From a virus (Duplodnaviria > Caudoviricetes), in the IMG/VR virus record IMGVR_UViG_3300033073_001635, positions 1 through 64,000 of that record: a stretch of 64,000 nt of DNA; one strand, 5' to 3'. This document shows positions 48,096 to 61,600 of this stretch, piece by piece. Every line of letters starts with the position of its first letter. The stretch's first letter is position 1. The notes under the pieces are model-generated. The model did not search any database and had not been told where the DNA came from. It worked only from the letters and a program-made list of their open reading frames with translations. Position numbers and translations under genes: made by a program.

Positions 48096-50084
48096 TTATT
48101 CTTCTTTCAAATATCTAAAGACTGAACTTTGTATACTTGTATTTTCTGTTATAAAAGAAACATCAACAGAGTCATACTCTTCAAACATAATCAAACTACT
48201 ATTGTAACTTGATTGATCAAAAACAATGTAATCAAAACTAAGAAAAACAGTGTAAATATTTACACTGTTTTCTGTGTCATTATTTACATAGAAAAACAAT
48301 GAATTATTGACATTGTTAAATTTAATAGAAATCTTTTTATTTTCAAAAAGATTTAAAAAACTCTCTTCTGTATTCAATAATTGATAGCTTTTAAAAGGCG
48401 TATTAGATTCCACCATTACAGAGTGATAATTTAATTCAAAAAATAATTCGTTTTCTATTTCTGCATTTTCTTGTTTCATTAATTCTGATTCAAAAAAACT
48501 TCTTAATTTTTTACTATTATAACTATCTTGTGATAAATATTTAGATTCCATTTCAAAAGCAAGAGAATTACTTAAATCATAATTCATTACATAAAAATCA
48601 TATTGTCCAAGTTCACTAAATAAAACTGGAATTTGAATATCATTTGATAATCTATTTTCTACTAAATGATCTAACGGAATATTATAATTTATAATTTGTT
48701 TCTTCTTGAATATATAAGGAGTTTCAATCCATTCAAATTGTGAATTTAAAAATTCAAATTTAAAATTTGCTTCTCCTAAGTTTTTTAATCCAGGACGTCT
48801 TCTAAAAATCAAAATACAATCATTTCTTTTTGTAAAATGTCTGTCAAATAATTGTAGATAAACTGTTTCATTCAATTTCTTTGTTCTTTGAATAGTATTT
48901 TCAAATTCTAAAGAAGTATATTTTGTTCTATTTATCTCGGGATGTTTAAAATTTGCACGTTGCATATTAAAAAAAGAAAGCAACCCTTTATTGCTTAAAC
49001 TGACTAATAGATCTCTTGTGTAATCTATATCATAAGTAATGATAGTGTGTGTTTCTGGAAGTATTAAATTCTGTTCATAAAATACTCTTTTAACATAATC
49101 CAAAGGATACTCATTGTATTTCGAAATAAACAAGTTTCCATAAGTGTAAAAATAATAACTAAAAATATTATCTTTGATATTAAAAAAAGCATCAGAAAAA
49201 AAACGATCATTTGCAGTTTTTAAATAATATTCTTTATTAACAAGAAGTTCGTTTTCATAAACTTCTTCTACAATTTCATAACAAGGATACTTATGTAATT
49301 CAACAAGACTTTCAAAACCACTTGTTTCAAAAGCAAAACCGCCAAAAGAATCAGTTTCATTATTTTGTTTTAAATCTTTTAAATATAAGAATTTGTTTTT
49401 GCTTCTATAATGAGTCTTTAATCCAATGTAAATTTTTTCTTCAATTGGATTCATGAATTGATCATAACCTCTAAGAGTAACTGATATTTCTCCATTATAG
49501 TTAGATACAGGATTATTTTCGGAATAATAAAAAATTCTTTTATCAGTATCGTATTCTTTATGAACAGTTACATAAATGTATTCGCCATCATAATTAAAGA
49601 AATAATTTAAACTTCTATGTTTGTCAGTAGTACTTAATATTAAAGAATTATTTTCATCAGTAATAAAAGTTTCAGATAATTTTACTCTAGTAGGAGGCAT
49701 ACTAAATAATAAATCAAAAGTATCAGAATTATAACATTGAATAATGTCATTTCCAATTTTCGCAGAAATTGAATTTATTTTAATTTTTTGCCTTGTTCTA
49801 TTTACATTTAAACTATCCAAAAACAATCTAAAATGATTGTCTTTTATAGAATTTAAAATAGAATCAGAATTTAATCTAATCATAAAAAATAAATCAGGTA
49901 ATGTTACTGGATTGTTTAACAATACTTCTTTTTCTTTTTTTGATTTTAATAAAAAATTTATAGGTTCATGCATTTTTGAACCAACTAAATCAAATATTTT
50001 TGCACCAACAGAATTGTCATCATTTCTGATTCTAGAATAATCAGGAAATCTGTTTCTATAAAATTGTCCAAAATAGCTTTTCAT
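48096..50084 (-). CDS. hypothetical baseplate wedge-associated protein
   Basis: Immediately downstream of baseplate J; N-terminal RFPDYSRIRNDDNSVG. Confidence 0.55.
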   Translation of the reverse strand: MKSYFGQFYRNRFPDYSRIRNDDNSVGAKIFDLVGSKMHEPINFLLKSKKEKEVLLNNPVTLPDLFFMIRLNSDSILNSIKDNHFRLFLDSLNVNRTRQKIKINSISAKIGNDIIQCYNSDTFDLLFSMPPTRVKLSETFITDENNSLILSTTDKHRSLNYFFNYDGEYIYVTVHKEYDTDKRIFYYSENNPVSNYNGEISVTLRGYDQFMNPIEEKIYIGLKTHYRSKNKFLYLKDLKQNNETDSFGGFAFETSGFESLVELHKYPCYEIVEEVYENELLVNKEYYLKTANDRFFSDAFFNIKDNIFSYYFYTYGNLFISKYNEYPLDYVKRVFYEQNLILPETHTIITYDIDYTRDLLVSLSNKGLLSFFNMQRANFKHPEINRTKYTSLEFENTIQRTKKLNETVYLQLFDRHFTKRNDCILIFRRRPGLKNLGEANFKFEFLNSQFEWIETPYIFKKKQIINYNIPLDHLVENRLSNDIQIPVLFSELGQYDFYVMNYDLSNSLAFEMESKYLSQDSYNSKKLRSFFESELMKQENAEIENELFFELNYHSVMVESNTPFKSYQLLNTEESFLNLFENKKISIKFNNVNNSLFFYVNNDTENSVNIYTVFLSFDYIVFDQSSYNSSLIMFEEYDSVDVSFITENTSIQSSVFRYLKEE

Positions 50085-50088
50085 TAAA

Positions 50089-51330
50089 TTAATCCTTTAG
50101 TTTAAATTCAAAAGTTATTTTTGCAATGTCTATCATTTCATCGTCTTGTAAAAAGATATCTTCGTTAATATTTATTAAAGAATATTCTTCTATGATATTA
50201 TTGTTTGAAACTTTAGATGCTTGAATAGAGACATTATAATCTTTTGAAACAATCATGGATCTGGTTAAAAAAGAATTTATTGAATTGATTAATGAATTAT
50301 GGAATTCTGATAAGAAGTAACTATTTTCTCCAATTCTTTCATTAAAAAAATTTAAAACGTTTTGTTCAGCAGTACTTCGTATTCTATTTTTTATTTCATC
50401 AGTATAGTCTATTCTTGGTAAACTTAATGTAATTCTAATATTTAAATTCAATCTTCTAGGCTCTATTGCAATAAAACGAAAATTACTTGAATCTTTTGTA
50501 TCTATAATTCCTTGAACTTTTCTAACTAATTCAGCATTTGATTGCTTTGCTTGTCCAAAACAAACTACAGCAGCAGTCCCAACTCCAAAATAAGAATTTA
50601 TTATTTTAATATTAATAATACCTGGTACATTTAAGCTACTAAACAAAATGTTATTGTAATTTGTTGATTTTAAAGAATTCAAATGATTCATAATTCTAAA
50701 TCTAAAATTATCATCAGATTCTGCATCTGAACCATTTAAAATAGGATAAGTATTATTTACTAAAAGAGTATTGTTTTCCGAATCTGAGTAATTTAAAAAA
50801 TCATGATAATTTAAACCTTTATTTAAATTATAACTTTTACCAGAATTAATTGCTGTGGCTGATGCATAACCAGTTATAGAATTAGAAGCTAAAACTACAT
50901 CTTCTGATATTGCATACCTAATGCCACCTATTGAATTTGTACTTCCTGTAGTTGAAAGAATAGTGCCAGCAGGAATCAAAATAGAATTACCATTATTTAT
51001 ATCACCAAAACTAGTTTTACCTCTAGCTACTGTAAAATATATATTAAAGTCACTTGCTCTAACATTAGCTTTTCTTGCAGGATATCTAGTTAAACCATAC
51101 ATAGAATAAGCTAAACTATCAAGTGCTTCTCCTTTAGCATTTAAAGGAGACATTGAATCCAAAACACTATTTAGCTGATTGATATAGTTACCTGACTCCT
51201 GACTAAAAACTTCAGATATAATATTAATTAATGAGTCATTAGTATAACTGCTATTGGAACCAAAAGATTCCATAATTCTAGTTCTTAAGCTAGAAGAATA
51301 TCTAGCAACATCAACATTTTGTATTCTCAT
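50089..51330 (-). CDS. baseplate J-like wedge protein
   Basis: AKGEALDSLA...GLTRYPA, IPAGT, GKSYN, NGSDAESDDNFRFRI, VPGI...GVGTA. Confidence 0.9.
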   Translation of the reverse strand: MRIQNVDVARYSSSLRTRIMESFGSNSSYTNDSLINIISEVFSQESGNYINQLNSVLDSMSPLNAKGEALDSLAYSMYGLTRYPARKANVRASDFNIYFTVARGKTSFGDINNGNSILIPAGTILSTTGSTNSIGGIRYAISEDVVLASNSITGYASATAINSGKSYNLNKGLNYHDFLNYSDSENNTLLVNNTYPILNGSDAESDDNFRFRIMNHLNSLKSTNYNNILFSSLNVPGIINIKIINSYFGVGTAAVVCFGQAKQSNAELVRKVQGIIDTKDSSNFRFIAIEPRRLNLNIRITLSLPRIDYTDEIKNRIRSTAEQNVLNFFNERIGENSYFLSEFHNSLINSINSFLTRSMIVSKDYNVSIQASKVSNNNIIEEYSLININEDIFLQDDEMIDIAKITFEFKLKD

Positions 51331-51331
51331 T

Positions 51332-51769
51332 CTATCGACCTAATCTTCTTAAAATTCTAGGAGTAACATGATTGTTTTTTGTATCATAAACTATATTTAA
51401 ATAAATAGGTAAATTTTTACTTTGTTCTATAGAGATTAATAAATAAACTTCTGTTTCTAGTATTTCTTGATTTAAAAATTTCAAATTAGTTGAATCTATC
51501 AATCCATCATAAGTTAAGACATTATAAATGTTATACTTTAATGTACTTAATAATTCTTGATTTATATTTTTTCCCAAATAATCTAAAAGATCTGCATTTA
51601 AAATATTATCTCTACTAGGTACTACATAATCAGAATATGTCGTTTGTAATCTTTTAATAATAGTTTGTTTTAATCTACTTAAATTAACATCGTCATTTGT
51701 TTTTGAAATATTTCTATTTTGATCTAAATAGAAATCACAATCTTCAGTATATATTAAATCTCTAATCAT
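51332..51769 (-). CDS. gp25/gpW-like baseplate wedge protein
   Basis: RDL...D..LD, LKQTIIKRLQT...ADL.DYLGK; located directly upstream of J. Confidence 0.7.
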   Translation of the reverse strand: MIRDLIYTEDCDFYLDQNRNISKTNDDVNLSRLKQTIIKRLQTTYSDYVVPSRDNILNADLLDYLGKNINQELLSTLKYNIYNVLTYDGLIDSTNLKFLNQEILETEVYLLISIEQSKNLPIYLNIVYDTKNNHVTPRILRRLGR

Positions 51770-52137
51770 AATATAACTCCTAAAGAACCTAAAGCAGTAC
51801 CAACTTGCACACCTTTTTTTAGCATATCTAAACTAAAAAATGCGCTAGGTGCTTGAGTTACTCCTGGTAGCATTCTATTAAATATAATTGGGTTTTCATA
51901 ATGTAAGGGTCCTTTAATAGAATAGGTACCTAAAGTAATTGATTGTCCCGATGAAGGCTGCATATAGATGCCATTGTCAGACACTTCAATTAAATTTGTT
52001 TTATTCTGACTACCTGCAGTAAGTACAATATTATTCATTTCACATACTAAAGCAGCAGTACAAAATGAATTAAATTGAGCTTTTATTATTTTGTTTTGTG
52101 GCCCTACAAATACATTGCTCATATTAAAGGTCTCCAA
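51766..52137 (-). CDS. putative baseplate spike-related protein
   Basis: Short beta-repeat stretch; lies between the hub and the gp25-like gene. Start may be MSNV at 52122. Confidence 0.4.
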   Translation of the reverse strand: METFNMSNVFVGPQNKIIKAQFNSFCTAALVCEMNNIVLTAGSQNKTNLIEVSDNGIYMQPSSGQSITLGTYSIKGPLHYENPIIFNRMLPGVTQAPSAFFSLDMLKKGVQVGTALGSLGVIL

Positions 52138-52640
52138 TTGAAGCCAATATTTTCACTAGCTTCTTGATTGTAAAACATTCTATCTTCTTTTCTAGATGAA
52201 TGTCCAAACATATTCCCATAACTAATAGGAACATTTCTATCTTCGTTTTCATAATAAGTTGTTTCATATGGTGGGTCAAAATTAATTACACCACCTTTAA
52301 TAGAAAACTCATCATAACCATTACATTCAATAACAATTCTTCTTCCAATAATATTAAAATCAGATCCATACTGTTGTCTGATTTGATCATAGCTTAAACT
52401 TTTAACTTGTATAGAAATTATTCTTTGTAGTTTTTCTACACCACAAATTACAAAAAAACCACCTTGATCAAACTTTTCATTTGGTAAAAACCTGCTAGAT
52501 GTCTTATTTCCACTAATGATATCAATAATTAAAGCATGTACAAAAACTTTCATATCCTTATTAAAGGAAGCTTTGAATATTTCTGAATGATTAACTGCTT
52601 TATTAAAATTAGATCTAATGCCTTTGATTTTCTGACTCAT
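52119..52640 (-). CDS. hypothetical protein (possible spike OB-fold part)
   Basis: 173 aa directly downstream of the hub-like gene. Confidence 0.45.
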   Translation of the reverse strand: MSQKIKGIRSNFNKAVNHSEIFKASFNKDMKVFVHALIIDIISGNKTSSRFLPNEKFDQGGFFVICGVEKLQRIISIQVKSLSYDQIRQQYGSDFNIIGRRIVIECNGYDEFSIKGGVINFDPPYETTYYENEDRNVPISYGNMFGHSSRKEDRMFYNQEASENIGFNWRPLI

Positions 52641-52647
52641 AAAAAAC

Positions 52648-55600
52648 CTACTTTAATGATTTATTTATCAATTGATCTGGAGTGTAAGAATTCATATATC
52701 CTCTAAGTGTACCCTTTGGTAATTTAAATGGCAAAAGTGTTTGCCCTGCATCACTTAAAGTACCTATTGCTTCGGAAACAAAATTAGGTTCAGAATAAAT
52801 GATATTTTCTTTGTTAGCATATTCTTTCAACATAATATTAAATGTTTCCATTGCATCTGAAAAATCAGTAAATATATTTCCAAACTTGTTTTTAATTCTT
52901 CGCTTTGTATTGATCTTATCATAACCAGCGTAAATTAATGGTTTATTGTTTTTATATAAAGGAAATATTTGCATAAGATTTCCATCTGCAACTTGAGAAA
53001 CTAGCATATCTCCTGGAATTAATTTATTTGCTAAAAGACTATCTGGAGAACGAAGTTGATTAGCTACTACGTTATTAAAATTTGCACTAGCTAAAGCTAA
53101 AGCAGAAAAGAATGCAATAGGTAATTTAGTAGTTCTAAATTTAATAGTAGTGGCTAAAGCAATTGCAGCAGCACTACTTAAAAGACCAGTTATAGCACTT
53201 GTATCAATTAAAGAATCGATTGACGCATTTGGGTTGAGTATTTCAGCTTGTAATATAATATTATTAGTTTGAATTTGCTTTAACAAGTCTTCTACAATTG
53301 ATTCTTTAATTTTTTGTTGTGCTTCAGGTTTCATTTTTAATAAATCTGAATATCCAACTTGAATAGTATTAGGAAAAAGACCAAACATTTCAAACGCACC
53401 TACTTCTTTTTCAAACCATTTATCAACTAATTCCTTTAATCTTTTCTTAATTTGATCCTTACTACTTTGATCTTGATTTTTTCTGTACTTTTTTACAACT
53501 TCAACAAAATCAAAAGGTGATTTTTCTGCTAATTCTCGACCAACATCATACATAACTACACTATTAATAATAGGATATGTTAAACCTTCATTTGCAGTAA
53601 CTAAAGCATTTGGTTTGATTTCAGTAATGAATCCAGTATCCATACTAAAAATATGAGTCACAGCTTCTACTTCAATTGGTCCGTACATTTCAGTATACTG
53701 ATCATCTAATAAAATAACATCATAAGGATTTATTTCAGGATTCCCTAGTATAATAATTTCACCAGCATACATTTCCTTTGCAGCATTTAATAATTCAGAA
53801 GTACCATATCTAAGTGCACTGTTAAAGCCCTTGCAATTATCATACTTAACAGCTTTTGCATGTATTTGATCTTCAGGTATATTTTCATGTGATCTAATAA
53901 TTCTTTGTGTATATTCGGGATTCTCTGTGCTAGAATTGTTAACAAATAAAACAGCTATTTCATTAATCACATCATTATTAACACCTTTGATATTGTTTGC
54001 TACTAAATTAAATTTACTAGATACTAAATGATAATTTCTAAAAGGTATAAACCTCTTTTCAGTAATTCTATTCCATTCGTTTAAAAGTATACTTTTATAA
54101 ATTTTTATTTTAGGAGCATTAATATTCTCACCTTGTGCTTTTAGAGATTGGCCAACGTTAGTTATGTCTAAATAATCATCGACAAGATTAGCTGTTTCTC
54201 CAACTAATCTACGCATACTTGCTAAATCATTATTAGATATTGCTCTAATAATATCATTCATTCTATAAATTGTTCTGTTATTCAATGGTGTACCAAAGTA
54301 TCTTTGGTTTGGTAAACCAAAAAACATTCTATATTCTAAACCATTTCCATATTGTCTAGCACCATAAACCCATCCAGGGTGTCTTAAAGACATCTCATGA
54401 AAAACTTCCCAAATAGTATGGTTCTTTAATTTGAATATATTTTCTCCAATACTAGCATACATTCTTTTATCCATAGCTAATGTTCGACCTAGTATTATAT
54501 CTTTTTGAAGTTTTTCAGCAGTAGCTTCAGTACTATACATAGAAAATGCATTTAAAAAAGCAATACCGGTTTTTTTAATTAAATCTTTAGATCTAACACT
54601 CATTACTTCATTAATAGGTTTTATATATCTATCTGGATGAGGTGCATAGATTGCATCATCTTGAGGGGATAAAGCAATCTTTTCAGAATAAGGATTTAAA
54701 GTATTATTTAATAAATCTACAAGATAATTAGTACTTGCAGAAACAACACTAGATATTATATCTATACTAGCTCCAATACCTAATGCAAGTAATGAAAATT
54801 TTGCTGATTTAACTACGCCTAAACTAACTGCTTCTAATGCTGAACGTCCTGCATATAAAAGATTAAAATTAGTAGACATTTCTTTTACTAATGCATTTGC
54901 TACTTTTTGATTCAATATACCTTGTTGAGTAGCTTTTTGAATTCCTGATAGTAAAGCTTTAGGACTTACAGTTAATAAACGTTCTAAATTAGTTCCTGAT
55001 CTTGCAATATTAAACCCAAAACTTTTTGCAACGCCAGTAAGGATAGCTCCCCTGCCTCCTGCAGCTGTAGCTTCTAAAGTAGCTCTAACACTAGCTTCAA
55101 TTGCATCATCTGCTAAAGTTGCAGTTCCAGCTGCAATATCTTTTAATACAGAGTTTACAATTAAAGTATTTTTAGCTGGATTCCAACCAGAACCAAAAGC
55201 CCATCTAAAAGGTGCTAATAATCCCTTAGAATACCATTTAGTACCAGTTAAAACATTATCTACAATATTCATTGATGAGGCTAAATACTGTGCGGTTTTG
55301 CTTATAAAGCTACCTTTAGCCGTACTTTTAGCTGCTGCTTTTGTAGCTTCAGTTACTGTTGCTTCCGCAGCTTCTTTGGCACCTGCTTCTGCCGCTTCTT
55401 TAGCAGCACTTTTTGCTACAGCTTCAGCACCTTCAACTACAGCTTCTTTTACAAGACCTTTTGCACCACCAATAAATACAGTACCTACAGAAAATAAAAC
55501 ATCAGCAAGTACAAACCATCCCCAATTTGATTGAAAGAATTGGAACATACTATCACTGTAACCAGGAGGAGTTCCAAGATAGCTTTCTTTTGAAACAGCA

Positions 55601-58600
55601 ATTTCTTTAGATTCAGAATTGTTAATACCAGTTTGAAATAATCTTTCTTTTTTAAAGCGACCAAAATGTTTTAATTCGTTTCTAAACATACACCAACCGA
55701 GTAATTTGTGAGTAGTATGAAATTCTAATTCGCTTACACCAGAATCAGCATCTGAAGAACCATATTTCCTAACTTCTAATTCTACACCAAAAGATTGAAT
55801 TACAACTTCACACATATCACCACTAGAAGACCAAGAAACATCGGCAATTTTCCCTGATAAAAGAATAGTTAATTCTTTTGGATTAGATGAATAACCTGCT
55901 CTTAATTGACAAGAAACACCTGGTCTTAAAACTAAAGATTCTATTACTTGAGTATTACTTTGTTCAGCTTTCTTTTCTGCTTCAACTTCTTTAATTCGAT
56001 TTGTAGCCATTTCATAATCAACATCTCTAATTACTCCAAGTTTAGTTCCATCAAGCACACCTGAAATATTTTGCAATTTAATAATTGCAGTATCTGCTGC
56101 TAATTTTTTAGATTTATAAACTGTAAAATCTTTTACTGCACTAAATGAGTAAAAATCATCAAATACAAAATAAGTATCAGATTCGATTGCATCTTCTTCG
56201 ATTAAAAATAATCTAAAAGTAGGATACGCTTTTTGCATTTTAAATTGTTTTTCAAATAATTTTCTACCAGATTGTTTCATTACTTCAGATATATCTTGTT
56301 TTTTATTGCTCAAATCTGCATCGTCAAAAATACCTAATTTACCAGCAATAGCATTATCTGTGTCTGAATTTCCAAAAAATAAAGAATCACTTTTTTCATT
56401 ATATTTTTTATAAAAATTTAATAGCTCTAATGGTTCATTTAAAAACCCAGTTCTAGAACCAAAAGCAACATCAATTGCATTCGTTTTATCTTCTATTTCT
56501 TTCAATTTATTATTTAATGTAGTTAATTTTTGTGCAGATTCAGAATTCTCTATTAAATTTTTTATATCTATAAAAGCAATATCATTTGCAGTTAAATTAA
56601 CATTTGAATCTCGTTCAAATGTAATTTTAACGGATGCATTTGGATTTAAGATTAATTCTCTAAAACTATCTCCTGAACCACCTTTTATTATATATGAACT
56701 AGAAGAAGAATCTTGAGTGTCTATTAGAATATCTTTTATATAATTATCCGATGCATTACCTTTTGTAATATTTTTCCCATCTTCAGTAACAAATCCTTTT
56801 TCTAAATCATTCATAAATTTTAAAGATTTTTTTAGAATATTATTTGCACGTGCATCTATATCAGATAAAAGTTTATCATTAAAATCAGATTCGTAATAGA
56901 AAAATCCAGGATTTAAATTTACGTTTGAGTTGATTTCCGCAGGATCCATTGGCAAGTCTATATCGGGATAATTATTTCTATCTCCTCCAAAATCAAATAG
57001 ATCCGATGTATTTTCATTCTCAGATATATTCAAATTTGCTTTAAATAATTCACTTGACAATAGCTCTTTAATTACTTCTTCTAATAGTAATTTTAAGAAA
57101 GCTATGGTTTTATCATTATGAGTTTTATATTCTTCAACTATTTCTTTCTTCAAGAGAGAAGGAATATTAAAGAATAAATCTTTTAAATTTAAATATTTTA
57201 AATCTTCATTTTCCTTTGAAAAATCATAATCTTTTTCATTATAATCTTGTTTGTCAAATAAAGATTCGATTTTATCTTCAAATTGAAAAGATTCTGAAAT
57301 AGAAAATGAAGATTCATTTGTTTTATTTAAATAGTCGTCAAAATTATTTAAAAATTCTTCTTTTAAATAAGGTATTTTGTTATATAACTCATGCATTGAA
57401 TCTTTTTCATTTATAGATATTGCAATATAGTTGTCAGTCAAAGTTAATTTTTCTTTAAAAGTTTTAATTACATTTTTCTTGTTTTCTTCAAACTTTGGTT
57501 CTTTTGGCAAATCATTACTAATAAAACTTAATTGAGAATAAAGAGTAGGCCAATCTGTATTAGAAAATTTTCCAGAAATAATTTCTCCAGAAGGATAAGC
57601 AATTTCTAATTCAGTGTTTTTATATGATTCTTTAGCTTGCTTAAAAATTTCATCTATAGTTAATGAAGAGTCAATTTTATTATAATCACTTTTTGCTTGT
57701 TCTAAATTCTTTTTAATATCTTCAATATTTATTATATAAGTTTCAACTTGTGTATTTAATGGCTCTAAAGTTTTATTAAAGTTTTCTGTTTTAATATTAT
57801 ATAGAGGTCCTCCTTTAACATTTTTTATAAAATCATTCTTCATTTGTTTTATTTGATTTTTTAAATTTGTTAAGTTTTCATTAGCCAACGCTAAATCATC
57901 TTCATACTTCTTTTTCTTATCTTGTAATTCATTTTTTCTTTTTTTATAATCTTCTTCAGTAATTAACCCTAAATTATCTGTATGAGAAAAAATTTCATTT
58001 GCTTCTTCTGTTTTTGATGAAAAATAGTCAAATGAAACTTCTTTATTTTCTGCGTCAAAATAAATATCATGGTTTTCTTTAAAAAATGGGGTTCCTTTTA
58101 AAAAAGGAAAACCTAAAATATATTTTAACCAATCTTCTGCAAATTTAACTTGAATAACATCATTATTTACTAAACCATTCTTTTCTTTAATTTCTCCTTC
58201 TTCAAAATAAGATTGATTAATAATATTGCTCAATGAAAAACTTAAGCCTTGATTCATTTCTTTAAAAAAAATACTAGTCTTATAATACTTTAGAATTATA
58301 GGATTGTTAATTAAATATTGTTTCACTATATCTTTTGAAAAATCCCAAACCTCTTCTCCATTGTTTATTCTTTCTAAAAAGTCATTTAAACCAAAAGATA
58401 AAGATTCTTCATAATCTATTTGATTATATATTTGAGATAGAATAGATAGACCTGAGTTTTTATCAAAAGAAACTTTATTAATTCCAGATTGATCCAGAAT
58501 GATTTGTTTTAAAACTACTATATTGATCCAATTACCTATATTGCCGTAATCTTCTCCATAAAAAACTCTTTTATTTTTAATTGATTCATTTTTAAGCCCT

Positions 58601-61600
58601 GCCAAAAGAGGAACAGGTAGAACAGCTAGAGTAGCTAGTACTAAAGCCATTGTTGTTATAACTGGCATTGTTGAAACGAATAAAACTGTACCCAAAGCAC
58701 CAAGCACAGCACTGCCAAATATAGAGTTATCTATAATTCTAGTAAGGCTTGCTTGATTTACTGTTTTCAATAACTTAGCTGTAAAACTTTTTGGATTATG
58801 ATTTAAAAACAAATCTTTATTAGCAATATTTGGAGTTTGTTGTTTTAACTTCACATCCTCAACATCATCTTCGTAACTTTCTAAAGATAGACCAGTAATA
58901 CTATAATATAAATTATTAAAATATAATGGCGTTACATTTATTCCATAAAAATTAGAATTTATTCTTTGTAACTCTTTATTGATTTCAGTTTCGCTATCTA
59001 AATATACATATGGTTCTATTAACAAAACACTAGCTAGTAAATGAAAATCACAAATCATTGAAAGTAATTTTTTTACTTTCAATTCTTCTTTTGCATTTGA
59101 AGTTTCTCTTTTAGTAAAAGTTGAAGCAGTTAATGGATCTAATATATAAATTTTATATTCTAAATCATATTCTGTTCTTTTAGATTCAACAACAGCATCT
59201 ATTTTATTTTCTTTAAAATAACGTCTTAATACCTCCTCTGTAGCGGGGTCTCTTTCTTTATTTGTAATTTTATATTTTTCTACGAAGTCATTGTACTTTT
59301 CTGATTTTGATAAATCATCAATCGCTTCAACATCATAAACATAAACAGTTGATTCATTTGTTACATTAGAGCTCATTAATTTTTGCTTTATAGAATTTTC
59401 TAAATCAACAAATCTTTTTTCTTCATAATTTGTTCCAAAAAAAGAATCAACTGAATCTCTATTAAAAAGCTCATCTAGTTGTTTTAAAAATTTATCTTGT
59501 CTCAAGCTTTCATCATATAAATTGGCTTCTTTTGAAAAATTAATTTTAGTATTTTGAATAAAATCTGAATCAACATCATTATCTAATTCGTCTACACCAT
59601 TCTCATTTTCAACAGGATTTAAAGTAGTGTTAGTATCTGATCCAATATTGATTTTATTAAATAAATTTTTAAATTGAGGATGTATTCCAGGATCAGATCC
59701 TCCGCCTAATAAAGTTATACTCTCAATAATGTTATTATCTAAGTAGTCTTTATTTAAATAATAATTTAAAAAATCAAAAGTGTGACCGGTATCTAAATTA
59801 GGATTATTTATAATTTCATATATTGTATTCTGTCCCTCACTAGGATACTTATCTTTAAAAATATCAACTTTATTTGAACCAAAATTAATTCCATACTTAC
59901 CATTTTTATCAGCAGACCAAAAATAAGAATTTTGATATTCAGGTGAATAATTCTCATCAGTTTTAAAAGAATTTATTTTTAAATTTCTTAAAGCAAAATA
60001 TAATTCTTTTTCTTCTTCATTTAAATTAGAAAACTTTTTTTTATCAAACTCTTTTAATGCAGCTACTGTAGTATCGTTTTGGTCAGCATATTCTGTTAGT
60101 TTTGAATCATAACTTGATTGATCCAACATATTAGATCTTAAATCAATATGTACAAAACCGGTTTCAGATTTTTGACCACCCATTACTGTAGCGTATTCAA
60201 ATTCTAAAGCAGGAGTGCTTCCTGGAAATCTAAAAGAATTTCTTTTTAAAATATCATTACCATATACTCCAATTCCAATTTTACTCTTATTATTTTCAGC
60301 AATTTGTTTAAGTCTACGAAAGATATGAATTACATTAAAATTTGGCACTACAATATCTACTGCAGATCCAAAATAATGTTGAGAAAAAGTAGTTCTTGTA
60401 TCTTCTTCTTGAGTTGTAAACCCACTAGTTATTTGAACACCTTTAAATAATTCTTTAAACTGCTGCAAATAATCAACTAATGGATCTAGATATTCAGTTG
60501 CTAATTTATATAAATTAGTATTTACAACTTTTGAAATTCGTTTTTGACTAAGTAATGTTTTTAATTCTTCTTTTTTGTTAACATAACTTTTAAAAAAATC
60601 CCAAGATTTAAAATATTTACTTTGCCATTCAAAAACATTGTCATCAGTAAATTCTTGCACTATACCTTGTTTTAAATCAAAATTTCTAGAACTATAATTA
60701 GAATTATCACAATTCATTAAAGCATAATTAACAACATCGTTATATAAATTTTCGTTCTTTGCTGTTTTGTTAGTAGTTAATTCTTTTAATCTTTCTGAAT
60801 CATATACATTGGTTTCACTTAAACGCATAGTATATGCAGAAGCTCCAGGATTAGATTCTAAAGTTCTATATTCAGTACTTTCAATACTGATTGGTTTCTT
60901 TACATTTATAAAGTAACTTTCCTTATCGTCTATGTTTTCTTTAATTAGATATTCTTCTTTAAAAGAACCAAATAGTCTTGTAATAAAAGAATCAACTAAG
61001 ATGCCAGTACCATCTGGTACAAATTTATATTCTCTAGCAGTTCTAAGTGTTGTAGTATTTATTTCCTCTAAACGTTTTATTGCATTTGGAAGATCACTTG
61101 CAGAATCTTCCAAACCATTTGCATGCATGTTATTAGAAGCAATTAAATTTAATTGATAATTTGGCTCCATACTACTTAAAAATTGTGTAGTAGGATATGC
61201 TTGTCCTAATATTGGAATATTTGCTGTTAAAGAATTGATTCCACCAGAAACTGAAACTAAAACATTATCTTTTGTTTTAAAATCAGGTCCATCTTCAATA
61301 GTTAAAGGGAGTACTTTTGTCTTAGTAAATATATTACTTACATAGTTTTTTTCCAACCATGGTTGATATGGCGATTCATTTGTTTCAGATCCATTTAAAA
61401 ACGAATTCATTGTTTTGAATGTTTTTAAATCATCTTCTGTTAAATATTTTAGTGGCCATGCTTCTTCAACAACAGGCGTTGGTGTCTGAATTTCAGGTTT
61501 TGGTTCTGGTTTCGGTGGTTCAGGTGGAATTTCAGCGACAGGAGCTGGTTCTACTACTGGTGGAGGTACTGGTTCAGGTATTGGTTGAGGTGGAGGCGCA